Numbered from the stretch's first letter, positions 12,631 to 26,556 are shown. The stretch: DNA of 64,000 nt from Octopus vulgaris (GCA_951406725.2 OX597820.1:3906001-3970000), one strand, 5' to 3'. Program-made: numbers and translations. Notes: generated by a model not told the origin, from the sequence alone.

Positions 12631-15600
12631 GGCAGAAAAAAGTACCTAGTACACTCTTAAGGGGTTAGTCTTAGGAAGGGCATCAAGCCATAGAAACCTT
12701 CACAAAGCAAAAGAATTGGAACCTGTTGCAACTCCTTGGCTTACCTGCTCCATTCGAACCGTCCAACCCATGCCAGCATGGAAAACTGACATTAAATGAT
12801 GATGATGATGATTTCCATGCCACCATCGGTTGGATGGTTTGATTGAATCCAGTGAGCCATGGAGCTTGTATTGTGCTCCATCTCAGCTTTGACATGGTTT
12901 CTATGGCTGGATGCCCTTCCTAATGCCAACCACTTTACAGTGTGTACTGAGTGCTTCTCTCTTCCACAAATCCCATCCACTTTAAGTGACCGGCTCTTCT
13001 TTATGTAAGCTGTTGTCTTTGTTTAACATCCACTTTCCATGCTGGCATGAGTTGGACGGTTTGACGGGGGCCTGGCAAGCCAGAAGGCTGTACCAGGCTC
13101 CAGTCTGATCTGGCAATGTTGCTACAGCTGGATGCCCTTCCTAATGCCAACCACTCCAAGAGTGTAGTGGGTGCTTTTTACATGCAAGTCAGGCAGTACT
13201 GGCATCGGCCATGCTTGAATGGTGCTTTTTATGTGTCACCGATATGAAGGCCAGTCAGGCGGTACTGACATCGACCATGCTTTGAATGGAGCCTTTTACA
13301 TGCCACCGGCACAGGAGCCAGTCAGGCGACACTGGCAACGACCACGCTCAAATGGTGCTTTTTACGTGCCACCAGCATGGGACCAGTCAGGCAGTGCTGG
13401 CATCGACCACACTCGCATGGTGCTTTTTATGTGTCACCAGCACAAGGGCCAGTCAGCCGGCACTGGCATTGACCACACTCGAATGGTGCTTTTTACGTGC
13501 TGCCGGCACGGGAGCGACCAAACCAGTGTAGCTTTACTCTCTTGAACGCTAAGTCTGATTTCTCTTAGGCATAATTCTTCCCTCAGTACATTAGTTCTTT
13601 CCTTCTGAGAATGAAGCTGATTTGTACATTCACCTGAGAAACAGCCGGTTGCCTGGCTTTCTAAGACATATGTTGCATGGTCATGGCTTCTGTGTAAACC
13701 TGAAAAACAGAAAACCCAACCTGATGTCGCTTGGTTTGTTCCTTGAAATTCCTTGTTAATTGTTACAAGACGGCTGCTTTCTTATTGAGTTAGTCTGCAA
13801 GACAATTGCATCGAATCTCTTCATTTACTAATCTCTCAATCCTGGTTGGGTTATAGAAGGGGACCAAAGTTTTCAGTACTAAGAAGACTTCCCTCCCTCC
13901 CTCCTTACCTACCTCCCTCCATCCCCCCCTCCTTTCTATTTCTCTCTCCCTCTGCACACCCTCCCTCCTTCCCTTTGTGAAGGTGCATGGCTTAGTGGTT
14001 AGAGTATTTGGTTCAGGATCTTATGATCGTGAGTTCGATTCCTAGTGTTGCGTTTTGTCCTTGAGCAAGACACTTCATTTCACTTTATTGCCCCAGTCCA
14101 CCTGTAATCCAAAGAGGCCACCCTTGTCACATTCTGTGTCATGCTGAATCTCCCTGAGAACAACGTAAAGATACGCATGTCTGTGGAGTACTCAGCCACT
14201 TGTGCATTAATTTCATAACTGTTGTGTTATTGTTTCTTTTGAATGAAAACATGAGACGTTTTGGCACAGCCATATTGGCGTCGGCTATTTGGCATCATTG
14301 ATTCAACACTGACTTTGTTGACATCAGACATTTCAGTGTTTCTCTATTTCTGTCTGTCCGTCTCTCTCTCTCTCTCTCTTTTTTCTCCACTTCCTCTGTT
14401 TATGTGTGTGTATTTTTCTCTTCATGAGGAGAAGGAACGTGTGTCAGCCATGTTCACTTAATAACTTGTAATGTCTCTCTCACTTTATCTGTATGTGTAT
14501 ATTTCTGTGTGTGTGTGTGTGTATGTGTGTGCTTTCCTCCAGTGCCAAAAGCTACAATCACCTAAACAGGTGCAATATCCAGTCAGCCATGCCAAACCAT
14601 CTCCTTCCAATAAACGGTGCACTTTCTATGAAACTTAAATTACATTGAAGCTATTTTTAAAAATGAAATTATTGATTTTTCTCCCTCCAATCCCCCCCCC
14701 CCCCAATCAATATCATTCATTAAATTCACTTGGATTTTGTTTTGAATTTGACCCAAATTCACTTTGGGTGCTTTTTTGTTGGGTTTTTTTTTTGTGTTTG
14801 GATTTTGTTTTTTGGGGTATTTGTTGTTTTTCTTCTCTCTGGTTACTTTCTTCATTTCACTTGTTTCTTATTCTTTTCTTTGGCTTTTGGGTTTCTTCTT
14901 TCTTTCTTTATTCATTCTTCAACTTCTTATTCAAAAATTTATTCCCTCATAACTCTGTCAATACTTTCTTCACAGACCGGGAATTAAAGATTCTTGTTTC
15001 CTGAATAATGAAAAGTTGTAACAACTAATTGAATAACTTCTTGGGAAAAGGATAATTGGTTTTCTTTTCACTGTTCTTTGCAGCACTATAGTGCTTAGTC
15101 TAGCAAAAGGGTAGTGCCGATAATTTTGATCAGGGGCTGTGAGGTGAATGGGAGGAGGCAAGGTAGAAGGTATCATCCAATCAGAGATCTGGTCAAAATG
15201 CTTGCCATAAAATGAATTCTTCCATTGAAGGCTCCTAACCCTAACCTTGGTGGTGGGGTTAAACCGAGCTAAGTGATGGCATTAAACCAGACCAGGGGGC
15301 TGGTAGGATTAAACTGGGCCACAAGGTAAGTCTACTGCTCAAATAGGGCGCAACAGGATTTGAACTCAGAATGCAAAGCATCAGTACAAATTCTGCAAAT
15401 CAACTTGAATGACATTCAGATAATTTTGATGTCTGCTGTCCTAGACCAATACTTTATTTTATTGGCCCCAGAAAGATAAAAGGCAAAATAACCTCAGTGG
15501 GATTTGAACACAGAATACAAGGAGCCTTCACTTCCTCTTTCACCACTTTTAGCCATGTCTTTCTCTTGCTTCCTTTCCTCCACTTCCTTCCATGTTCCTT

Positions 15601-15720
15601 GCCATCACCCCTCTCATCCACTTTCGTCTTTGCTCAGTACATGACTCGACTCTTTTATCCCATTTCTTTTCACAGTTTCCATTGCTTGTTGTTCTTTTCC
15701 TTTCATTTTTTACAATTCAT

Positions 15721-15759
<39 letters not shown>

Positions 15760-16074
15760 AATACTCTGTTCATCCATCAAATCGTTTTTATTTCCATCCT
15801 TTCCAGCCTGCAAGGAGATGAAGATGAAGTACTATTATTCTTTCAGAAGTACTTTTATCTCTTATTCTTGTATTCTAAGATTTAGACATCTGTTATTCCT
15901 CAGGTTTACCTTCTCATTAATAAATACGATCCTCAACACCAGCTATCTATCCACAAAACACTGGACCACACACATAATTATTAGACTATTAAATAATCAT
16001 ATTTACCAATATAAAGCCACCGACATTCTCCTTGCCATTATTAACATTAGAATATTCAATTGCTGGATCAGGTG

Positions 16075-17805
16075 ATGATCCAGTTACGGAGAGAGTTAAA
16101 GCCAACCTAATTAGGGAGAGACTTAGCTTCGATGAGATGCAATTTGGTTTTGTGCCTGGGAGAAGCACCACTGATGCTATATTTCTGCTGCAGGAGAGAT
16201 ACATAGCCAAAGATAAACCTTTGTACTTGGCTTTTGTTGACTTGGAGAAAGCCTTTGACAGAGTCCCCTGATCCCTTATCTGGTGGTCAATACAGAAACT
16301 AGGGATAAACGAGTGGTTGATGAGAACTGTACAAGCTATGTACAAGGATGCTACCAGTAAGGTGGGGGTTGGCAGTGAGTACAGTGAAGAATTCAGAGTA
16401 CAAGTAGGGGTTCACCAAGGATTGGTACTCAGTCCCCTCTTGTTCCTCATAGTCCACCAGGCAATAACAGGAATTTAAGGCAGGCTGACCCTTGGAGCTC
16501 CTCTATGCTGATGACCTTGCTCTTTTAATTGAACTGGAGAAGTTCCAGGTATGGAAGCAAGGTCTAAAATCAAAGGGCCTTAGAGTTAACCTAGCAAAAA
16601 CCAAAGTAAGTAAGAAGGCAGACAAATCACAAATCCCTTTAGGTAGATGGCCCTGCTCAATCTGTAGAAAAGGTGTAGGTAGAAACTCCATAAGATGCTT
16701 CCAATGTAAGCTTTAGACTCACAAAAGTAGCAGCAATATCAGAGGAAGGTTAACAGAGAAACTAACTTTTGTATGTGGAAGGTGCACAAGTACAATATAT
16801 GCTGAAAATGTACAGAAAATAGATTCCATCAACTGCCAATGGGGTAAGCTAGAGGTAGAAGATAACTTCCGTTATCTAGGTGACCAAGTTAGTAGTGGAG
16901 GTGGATGCTCCGAGAGCGTAGCTGTGAGAATAAGATAAGGCTGGGCAAAGTTCAGAGAGCTCCTTCCCCTGCTGGTAACAAAGGGCCTCTCTCTCAGAGT
17001 GAAAGGCAGATTGTTTGATGCCTGTGTGCAAATACTCATGCTACATGGCAGTGAAACATGGGCTGTGACAGCCGAGGACATGCATAGGCTTGAAAGGGAT
17101 GAAGCCAGTATGCTTTGCTGGTTGTGCAATGTCAGTGTGCATGCACAACAGAGTGTAAGCATCTTGAGAGAAAAGTTGGGCATAAGAGGCATCAGATGTG
17201 GTGTACAAAAGAGATGACTCTGCTGGTATGGTCATGTGAAGCATATGGACGAGGACAGCTGTGTAAAGAAGTACCGATCTGTAACTGTGGGAGGGAACTT
17301 GTGTTAGAGGTAGATCCAGGAACACATGGGATGAGGTGGTGAATCATGATCTTTGGACTTTGAGCCTCAGAGAGGCAGTGACCGAGACCTTTGGCGTTGT
17401 GCTGTGCTTGAGAGAACCCATCAAGCCAAGTGCACCCGTGCTGGTGACATGTAAAGAACACCTTTTGAGTGTTGGGCCTCACAGAGGTAAATTGGCTGAG
17501 ACCTCTGACATTATGTTGTGCTTGAGAAGAAGACCCATCAAGCAGAGCAAAATTGCAGTTGTGGCACATACCAGTATCACACAAATTGGCACCCGTGCAG
17601 GTGGCACGTAAAAGCACCTTGGTGTCATGCAAATGGCATGTAAGAGCACCCATTACACTCTGTAAAGTGGTTGGCATTAGGAAGAGCATGCAGCCATAGA
17701 AAACTATGCCAACTCAGACTGGAGCCTGGTGCAGCCTTCAAGCGTACCAGCCTGGCCAAATCCTCCAACCTATGCCAGCATGGACATTAAATGATGATGA
17801 TGATA
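16075..17805 (+). mobile_element. 5'-truncated, decayed RTE-clade LINE (RT domain plus 3' UTR ending in (GAT)n)
   Basis: QFGFVPGRSTTDAIF, FVDLEKAFDRVP, GVHQG..LSPLLF, LLYADDL, F.YLG and HGSETW motifs across frames with stops. Confidence 0.92.
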
Positions 17806-18324
17806 TTAACTTCATGATGAATTTTACTAAAACTATTAAAACTGATAAAGAAGTTGTAGAGGTGATGTATCAGTACAAGGAAGTGAAGAAAGTAAATGAT
17901 TACAAGAAAAGTAAGTATTCTGAAGGAGAAGCTTATGTCATGCTGACAATTTCTGAAAAGAATGAAATAGTGTTATAAATGATTACTGCTGAGTAGAAAT
18001 TCTAAGAATTGCATAATAAGTAAGCAACGAAAATGAAATACCAAATTAAACATGTTTACTTTATACATCTCCTTTGTTCTTATTTCCTTAATTTCAGATT
18101 CATACTTCTAATCCTGCCAAATGTTATGAAAAAATGATTATCTTCCTTGTATTAATTGTCTTCTTGGGGACATTGCTAGATAAAAAAAGAAGTAAAAATA
18201 GAAAGAGGCATTTCATGTAAATGAGGAGTTTTTTTTTCAGTTATACGAGATTTCTTATTATACTCATTTTCTTCTCTGGATGTTCTCTCTCTCCCCCCTC
18301 CCCCTCTCTCTCTCTTCCTTCTAA

Positions 18325-18450
18325 ATTAATGCTGTCTGTGGAAATGGCTATCATCAGGTGAATGTCGATATCTTTGACACTTCGTCTTTCAATCAATGAG
18401 TTCAGCATAGTCTCTGTCTCCACTGACTCAAAGACTTTCTTGTTATCCAT
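18325..18450 (-). mobile_element. Degraded non-LTR RT fragment
   Basis: DNKKVFESVETETMLNSLIE resembles RTE DY.KAFDSVE...L..L. Confidence 0.45.
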
Positions 18451-20068
18451 AAATGTTTGGCACCATAGGAAATTGTTCAGCTGGTGGGGGAGGGGTGGAC
18501 TCTTGAAAACTGCTCCTTTTTACCCTTTTTGCATTCAGATTACTCTGTCAAATCCAATGCTTATTTATTCACATTGTCTTGAATTAATCATTCAGTGTCT
18601 TGTAACTTTCAGATTTCAATGATGTGATTGTTTATTTTCAGAATGACATTGTAGGGTAGATGTGAGAGGCTGGATGTTGCTGGTTTGAACATAGAGGAGG
18701 TAGAATATTATGGATATGGCCAGCTTAAATGCTAAAGGAATAAGCAAAGAACATATATATATATATATCGTCACCATCTAACGTCCATTTTTCATGCTAG
18801 CATCTGTTTTGGCATGGTTTCTATGGTTTGATGCCCTTCCTAACGCCAACCACTCTACAGAGTGTACTGGGTGCTTCTACAAAGCACTGTTGGCATGGGT
18901 ACTTTTTATGTGGCACCAGCTCCTATGAGTGTCTTCTGCTATAGCCCCGGGCCGACCAATGCGTTGTGAATGGATTTGGTAGACGGAAACTGAAAGAAGC
19001 CCATCATGTATATATGTGTATGTGTCCCTAGCATTGCTTGACAACCGATGCTGGTGTGTTTACGTCCCCGTCACTTAGAGGTTCGGCAAAAGAGACCGAT
19101 AGAATAAGTACTGGGCTTACAAAGAATAAGTCCCGGGGTCGATTTGCTCGACTAAAGGCGGTGCTCCAGCATGGCCGCAGTCAAATGACTGAAACGAGTA
19201 AAAGAGTATTCAGCTAGGTTCCTTCCAACAAGCAAAATTTTATATCATGATATAAACAATTGCAGTCTGCATCTGAAGAGAGAAAAATCCAAAACCAAAA
19301 CATAAAACCAGAATGAATCATTACGAATGAGAAATGTGGACCCCAACAGCAGAGAGATGGAGAGGAGAAACTGAGAGTGGAAAGATCAATGCTCAGAGTA
19401 ACATATTCAGATACAAAGACAAATAAATGAGTGGGAGGTCTTGTGTTTACTCCATGAAAAAGAGAGAGAGAGAGAATGGACATGCCAGAAGGACAGGATT
19501 ATCATGGAATGGTAACTAATGAAGAGAAAGAAAAATATGAGGGAGACCTTGATAAAGATGACAAGAAAATACTGGTCCACCATCATGTAGCAATTATAAC
19601 AAATTTATAAAGCATAATTAACTATTGAATTGATTGGGTTGTCAGATAAGTTCAATGGGTTTTTTTGTCCATTTATGTTAATCCTTATCTCAAGGCGGCA
19701 AGCTGACAGAATCGTTTGGGATGGAATGCTTAGCGGTATTTTGTTTGTCTACATTCTTAGTTCAAAATCCACCAAGGTCAACTTTGCCTTTTATCCTTTC
19801 AGGGTCTATAAACTAAGTACCAGTTGTGTATTGGGGTTGAACTAATTGCCTGCCCTCCCCCAAAAATTCGGGTCTTGTGCCTAGAGTAGAAAAGATTAAT
19901 CCTTATCTTTCAAGGAGTGGCTGTTTGGTAAGAAGCTTGCTTCCCAACCACATGGTTCCAGGTTCAGTCGCATTGTGTGGCACCTTGGGCAAGTATCTTC
20001 TATTATAGCCTTGGGCCAACCAAAGCCTTGTCAGTGGATTTGGTAGATGGAAACCGAAAGAAGCCTGT

Positions 20069-20135
<67 letters not shown>

Positions 20136-20559
20136 TTCGGCAAAAAAGAAACCAATAGTACTAGGCTTACAAAGAATAAGTCCTGGCGGTCAATTTATTC
20201 GACTAAAGGTGGTGCTCCAGCATGGCCACAGTCAAATGACTGGAACAAGTAAAAGAGTAAAATCAATCAAGGCTAAGCATTGACCTGTTAGTGGAACATT
20301 GGTAAAAAGTTGTAAGCAACAAAGAAAAAGAAATTGATTCAGTTGTTAAAAGTGGTTCATGAGAAATAAGGATAAAAATAAATGGGAACAAAACCTGAAT
20401 GAATTTCTCTGACAACTCAATAGTAAGAACTATTATGAGATGTTCGTTATTAATTTATGTGTTCTGTTGTGATTTTGTTTGAAACTTGGTAAATTGTTAT
20501 TAAAATATAAGAGACATGATGTGAAATGGTTTTTAAGTATCTCAGATGTTTGCTTTCAG

Positions 20560-20635
20560 ATGGCATGTGGAGAGGAACGAAATTGATAAACTTGAAGAAT
20601 ATTGCTGATGAAGCCATCAAACGTTGCAAGGAAAA
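20560..20635 (+). CDS. ACSS2: ACSS2-like exon
   Basis: cag|AT...AA|gtaag; (D)GMWRGTKLINLKNIADEAIKRCKE, like human RGEKLVNLKELADEAL. Confidence 0.9.
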
Positions 20636-21031
20636 GTAAGGGTCAAAAATATCTTTGTGTATGAGTGTGTGTGTGTGTGTAGGTAGCCAGTTGGCAGAGT
20701 TGTTAGAGCACCAGGTAAATTGTTTTGTGGTAGTCATTGTGGCTCCTCTCTTCGCCCTGAGTTCAAATACCATTGAGAACCACCTTTTTTTTGCAACCCA
20801 ACAAATTAACACTGACGAAAAACAACTGGAAGAAACCTTTTCTTGTATAACCAGAAGGATAATTTCTACACAAGATTTAAGCTAAGGGTGGAGATAATGT
20901 TGAGCCTATTGTTGTTGTCTAGACTTTGGTCAGCAGCTTTTCTAAATGTCTCCAGTTTAATTTTGTTTGCAAAATATTTTTGTGAAGCACCACCATTTTA
21001 TTATGTTTTTTTTTTTTTTTTTTTTGTGCAG

Positions 21032-21152
21032 TGGCTACAATATTGATCATTGCATTGTTGTGCGTCACCTGAGTCCGAATCCGAATGAGCTGAGGAACGG
21101 AAACAGTTGTACTCAGCAAATTCCTGCGAAACGCCCGTGTTATGATCTGAAA
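21032..21152 (+). CDS. ACSS2: ACSS2-like exon
   Basis: Poly-T tract then ag; (N)GYNIDHCIVVRHLSPNPNELRNGNSCTQQIPAKRPCYDLK|gtaagt. Phases consistent with both neighbours. Confidence 0.88.
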
Positions 21153-21368
21153 GTAAGTTAATGTTGGTTTCTTTGTTTTTTGCTCAAAAAAATGAACTTT
21201 CGGTGCTGATTCCGGATTCTTTATTATCCAGACTTTACAGTCATCCTGTGTATATACCTTTATTTGATCACGTATGTTTTTATATTGCTCTAAAAAAATT
21301 CAATATTTGTTTCTAAAAAATTGTTAATTTTAAGCATTCCAATGTCAATTTTGTTTTGTTTTCAACAG

Positions 21369-21496
21369 ATTAATTGGGACAGTTCTCATGACAAATGGTG
21401 GCACGACTTAATGTCGACCAAAACGGATGAAGAATCAAAGAAATGTCCCCCAGTCTGGTGTGATGCTGAAGATCCTCTTTTTATGTTATACACGAG
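21369..21496 (+). CDS. ACSS2: ACSS2-like exon
   Basis: INWDSSHDKWWHDLM...CDAEDPLFMLYT(S); ag/gt borders. Confidence 0.93.
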
Positions 21497-21993
21497 GTAG
21501 AGAAAACATTTTATACAGTTCTATATTTAAGGGATGAGGAATTATTTACATTTGACAGATATTTGTCCTCATCTTGTTTGTTGTTAACACAACGTTTTGG
21601 CTGATATACCCTTCATCAGGTGCCTTGAGGAAATTTTGAACTTGGGTTCTCATTCCTAGGTATTTTTCAATGTTATTATTATTATTATTATTATTATTAT
21701 AATAACATCGAAAAATACCTTAGGAATGAGAACACACACATACAGACACACACACACACGTGCACTCTCTCTCACTTTCTCCCCATTCCTCACCCTCTTA
21801 TACTACCTTATATCTCTCCCCACCCCTACACACTCAATAATACTATAAAAAGAGACAAAATTCCTGAAAAAGTTCAATCTGACGACTCCACTAGAGTGGA
21901 CGCAAGCGCTGATATATGATTTATAAAAACATGTGACATATTAATAAATATCTGTAAATATAAAACCATCCAGATTTCTGAGTACCTCATTTC

Positions 21994-22033
<40 letters not shown>

Positions 22034-22280
22034 TGGTTATAAATTGATAGATATAAATGCTTGTTTTTATTTTGAGTTATAATAAAAGCAGTTTAACATT
22101 AAAATTGAGAATTACTCATTTTTTGTTTTAGAGTACACATTGTACTTTTACATAATGAAAAGTGTGACAATGACTTGAGTACTTCAAGGTGCCGGCCTTC
22201 ATCAGGCAGTCTGATGAAGGCTAACAGGTCAAAAGTTCAAAGTCACTTTCAACCCTCGTTTTGTAAAAGTATGACATATT

Positions 22281-22314
<34 letters not shown>

Positions 22315-22364
22315 GTATGACTTGTTTATTTATTTATTTTTTTTTCTTTCACTTTCTCATTTAG

Positions 22365-22557
22365 TGGATCTACGGGAAAACCAAAAGGTGTCCTCCATAC
22401 GACCGGCGGCTACATGTTATATGCTTACACTACATTCAAGTATGTCTTTGACTATCATGACGACGATGTGTTCTGGTGTACTGCTGATATTGGCTGGATC
22501 ACAGGCCATAGTTATGTCTGCTACGGACCCTTGGTTAATGGATCAACAAGTGTGATT
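22365..22557 (+). CDS. ACSS2: ACSS2-like exon (AMP-binding motif)
   Basis: (S)[19 protein letters not shown]...[28 protein letters not shown]|gtgag. Confidence 0.96.
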
Positions 22558-23496
22558 GTGAGCTGATATTTCTCTTTATAAACAACACACACACACACAC
22601 ACACACATCTGTTTCTTGAACTTTGTCTAATGAAGATCCGAAATTACATATTTTATTGAGAAGTAATAGAACATGGGTGAAGCTGAGTGGCCAAGTAGTT
22701 AGGGTGTTGCACTCGTGATCAGAATATCGTAGTTTCAATTCCTGAACTGGGCAGTACATTGTACTGTTAAGCAAGACACTTCGTTTCACATTGTTCCAGT
22801 CCACTCAATTGCAAATGAGTGACCCCTGTAATGGATTGGTGCCCCATTCTGAGTGGGGTGGGGATGTGATTTCAATGATTTATATGTCATGGGAACTGGG
22901 TAACTGACCCCTTTGAGTTACAGGTCTTGAGACAGTCATGTCCAGGGGTTGATTATGATGTTCATGTATCTGACCCTTATTGCTTTTAACTCCTTTCTCA
23001 AGCATGGCACAAACAAGCGTTCCCTTGATGTCTTCATCCAAGACCTTTCCTTCCAGGTGTGCTCACCTCTTTCTTACAATACCTCTACAGAAGGTGTTTG
23101 TTTGTTGTCTTTTTACCTTGGTTTATGAATTCCAGCTCAGCACCATCCTCGTTGTGCTTCATACTGCTTTATGGAGCCTGCAATCTCTCAACTTATTTAT
23201 TTCCAAAACTACCTTGTTATTTTATCTTCTGTTGTTCCCTTAAACAGTTTTCAACATGAAGTCATACACGTGGATCATGTTTAGTCCCTGGATATTCGAA
23301 ATCCTTTTTAAACAGGTTGGGTCAGTTATTTTAAGAATTAAGTGAAACACACAGGCAATGTATTTCATTAGAAATACGCTTAGGAAATGGTTAAAACAGC
23401 TCCAATAAATGTCGCATTCACTTGTTTTACTGATTTATTTCGCTTTTCTCATTATTCCGGTAACCGTATTCACTTCATTTTATTTTTCTGCAACAG

Positions 23497-23630
23497 TTTG
23501 AAGGAGTCCCATATTATCCAACTGCTGGACGTTACTGGGAGATTGTGGAAAAATATAAAGTTTCCAAATTCTATACTGCCCCCACTGCTATTAGATGTCT
23601 GATGAAATATGGAGACGAATTTGTCAATAA
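23497..23630 (+). CDS. ACSS2: ACSS2-like exon
   Basis: [44 protein letters not shown]|gtaag. Confidence 0.95.
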
Positions 23631-25004
23631 GTAAGATATCCCAGTTTCTTATTTAAACATTGCATTAGAACTGTGTTGTGTTTCAATCCACTGGAATCAG
23701 TTGTGGTGTATTTAGTAAATTCCTTAAACTCTTTGGCATTCAGATTATTCTGACGAATATTTTGCTTATTTATTCACATTGTTTTGCAGTTAATCATGCA
23801 TTATCCTTTAGTTTCAAGAATTCAATTGATTTATTGTATATTGTTAGAATGATATTGTAGGGTTGGTGTGATAGGCCAAATCTGGCCAGTTTGAACATAA
23901 AACAAATGCAATATTTTGGCTAATTATAACTGATGTCTTGAAGAAAAGAGTTGGTTTCAGAATCATTAGATTAAGGAGAAAGGGATAATCTTTGATAGGG
24001 TTTATAATTACAAATGGTGATGATAGGACTTTGACAAACCTTAATGATTGCCTGGCACAACAATTAATCAAGACATTTGATTAGTTAATTCGTTAAGTGT
24101 TTGAGCAATTGGGAAATGAAAATAAGAAGTGAAATAGAATCAGTGTGTGTGTGTTTATTATTAGCATAATGACCCTCCCAAAATATAACAATAAAAAGGG
24201 GCAGCATTTTATGAACTCCTACAAACATAATGGAGACACATTTGAAACCAAAATAAACACATTTAAATTTAATTTAATATAGTTTTAAAATGGTGGCAGA
24301 AAAAGTGCAGGAATAAAGTTGGTTTGAAGTGAATGTATTTTCAAACAGGATAAATAAATATTTAGTTGTGCGTAAAATAATTTAATAAAGGCCTTGGGTA
24401 TGTGTTAACGAAAGGTTACGACCAGATGAATATCTCTGAAATTTATTTAATCCATATTTAATTATTTTAATTTCTGTTTTCTGTGCCAACTGAGCTTTTT
24501 GTCTGCCATTATTTGAAATGCTTAGCAGTATTTCACTGGTTGCTACGTTCTGAGTTCAAATTCTGCTGAGGTTGACTTTGCCTTTCATCCTTTCGGGGTC
24601 GATAAATAAAGTACCAGTCAAGTAACGGGGTCGATGTTATCGATTTAACTCATCCTCCAATACGCCAGACCTTGTGCCTTTAGTAGAAAGCATTATTTGG
24701 GCAGTTTCAGGCAAAACTACGTCTCTTAAGGAAAATGCAGAAACATAGCCAGAGTTGTCTCCCGTTCGTTGTTAAAAACTAAAAATTCAAATTATTGACT
24801 AATTATATTTTGCTGCATAATTTTATTCACCTTCAGCTTTTCAAAGTTGTTTGTATCCAATATTGTGTCATAATAATATTGAAAGTTACGATTGTAAGAG
24901 CTGATTAATTAACTCGTTTTAACCACTATCATTTTTTACTATCATTTGCAAAAATAAAAAAGAAAATGGTGAAACCAACTTTTTTTCTCATCGATTCTTT
25001 TTAG

Positions 25005-25137
25005 TCATGATGTGAGTTCCCTGAAGGTCCTGGGTAGCGTTGGTGAACCTATCAATCCTGAGGCTTGGTTGTGGTACCACAATGTGGTTGGGAAAGGAAA
25101 ATGTGCTGTTGTTGACACTTTCTGGCAAACGGAAACG
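25005..25137 (+). CDS. ACSS2: ACSS2-like exon
   Basis: [24 protein letters not shown]...VDTFWQTET|gtaag. Confidence 0.96.
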
Positions 25138-25653
25138 GTAAGTTCCACTGAGATTTCTTCTTTTGCAAATGAATCTCTTATAACAAAGCTTAATCAGATT
25201 CTCTCATGGATGTCGTAAGTCTTCACACATCTTCTTGTGACATAATACAATTCACATATAACACAGTTTATCTGACACTTCTTCATATCATTCTTTTACA
25301 AAACATTTTATTTGTCCACAAAATTGAATAAAATATTGAAGGAGTGAAATTTTCCCAGAATACATTTTGTTGGACAGTGAGAAGACATTTCTTTTAAAAT
25401 CTGATTTATTGTGTTATGCAGGGTTTTTTTTTTTTCTAATTGTCATATTTATGATCTGAATCTAACTTAATGTTTCTAGTTTTAGTTAATTTACCTTCTC
25501 CTAGTGTAATTAACTTTGTTACTCATATCTAATCCCAAACTAGTTGTCGTATCACAGATGGCTTTGGCACATTCTTTTCCCCTCTTATCAATAATTTCAA
25601 TCATCTATACACACAGAAGAGATGGTGTATGTATGTGTGTGTGTGTGTGTAAA

Positions 25654-25703
<50 letters not shown>

Positions 25704-25708
<5 letters not shown>

Positions 25709-25838
25709 TACAAATAAGAAAATGGAGAAACAAATTTAGTTTGCTCATCAACTTACGGATATTATAATCCAACATTCTAATATCCGTAAGTTGATGAACA
25801 AACTAAATTCGTTTCTCCATTTTCTTATTTGTATTATA
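25704..25838. repeat. Fold-back hairpin with 61-bp arms and a 13-nt loop
   Basis: TATAATACAAATAAGAAAATGGAGAAAC...GGATATTA / TAATATCC...GTTTCTCCATTTTCTTATTTGTATTATA, 2 mismatches. Confidence 0.9.
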
Positions 25839-26499
25839 AATTTACGGTAAAAATATTTCTTTACCTTTACCCGTTTAATACAATAAATGAGTTAATTGCA
25901 TTGCAATTAAAAACATTTATGTATTAAGAATCTGGGTACTGTACCAACAGTGTATTGGATAAATATTGTCCCTTAGTGGGTTACATCCATAACTCCTAAC
26001 TTACTTTGTACATATATATATATAATCTTCATTGGTTAACGTCTGCTTTCCATGCTGGTATGGGCTGGACAGCTTGACTGGGGACTGACAAGCCAGAAGG
26101 CTGCACCAGGCTCCAATCTGATCTTGCAGTGTTTCTACAACTGGATGCCCTTCCTTATGCCAACCACTCCGAGAGTGTAGTGGGTGCTTTTTACGTGCTG
26201 CTGGCATGAGGGTCAGTCAGGCAGTACTGGCATTGACCACTCTTGAATGGTGCTTTTTACATGCCACTGGCACAGGAGCCAGTCAGGTGGCACTGGCATC
26301 AGCCACGGTTGTTATATTTACTCTGTCTGTTCTTTACATGGATTGTCTTGTTTCTCAGATATTTCTTATTCATAAATCTTTGTTAATATATTTGATAGCA
26401 TAATATAAAATTTAAAATGCTAGTTTTAATTGTTTAATTAGTTTAAACATTTACATTTTTTTTAAATTTATAATTTTTCATTTTTGACATTATTTTTAG

Positions 26500-26556
26500 G
26501 GTGGCCATGTGCTAACTCCTTTGCCTGGGGCAACTCCTACAAAGCCAGGATCCGCT
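26500..26556 (+). CDS. ACSS2: ACSS2-like exon
   Basis: GGHVLTPLPGATPTKPGSA|gtaag. Confidence 0.95.

Noticed and set aside
15497-16075. 192-aa ORF
   Set aside because: Low-complexity CT-rich sequence starting in a SINE remnant; no recognisable domain.
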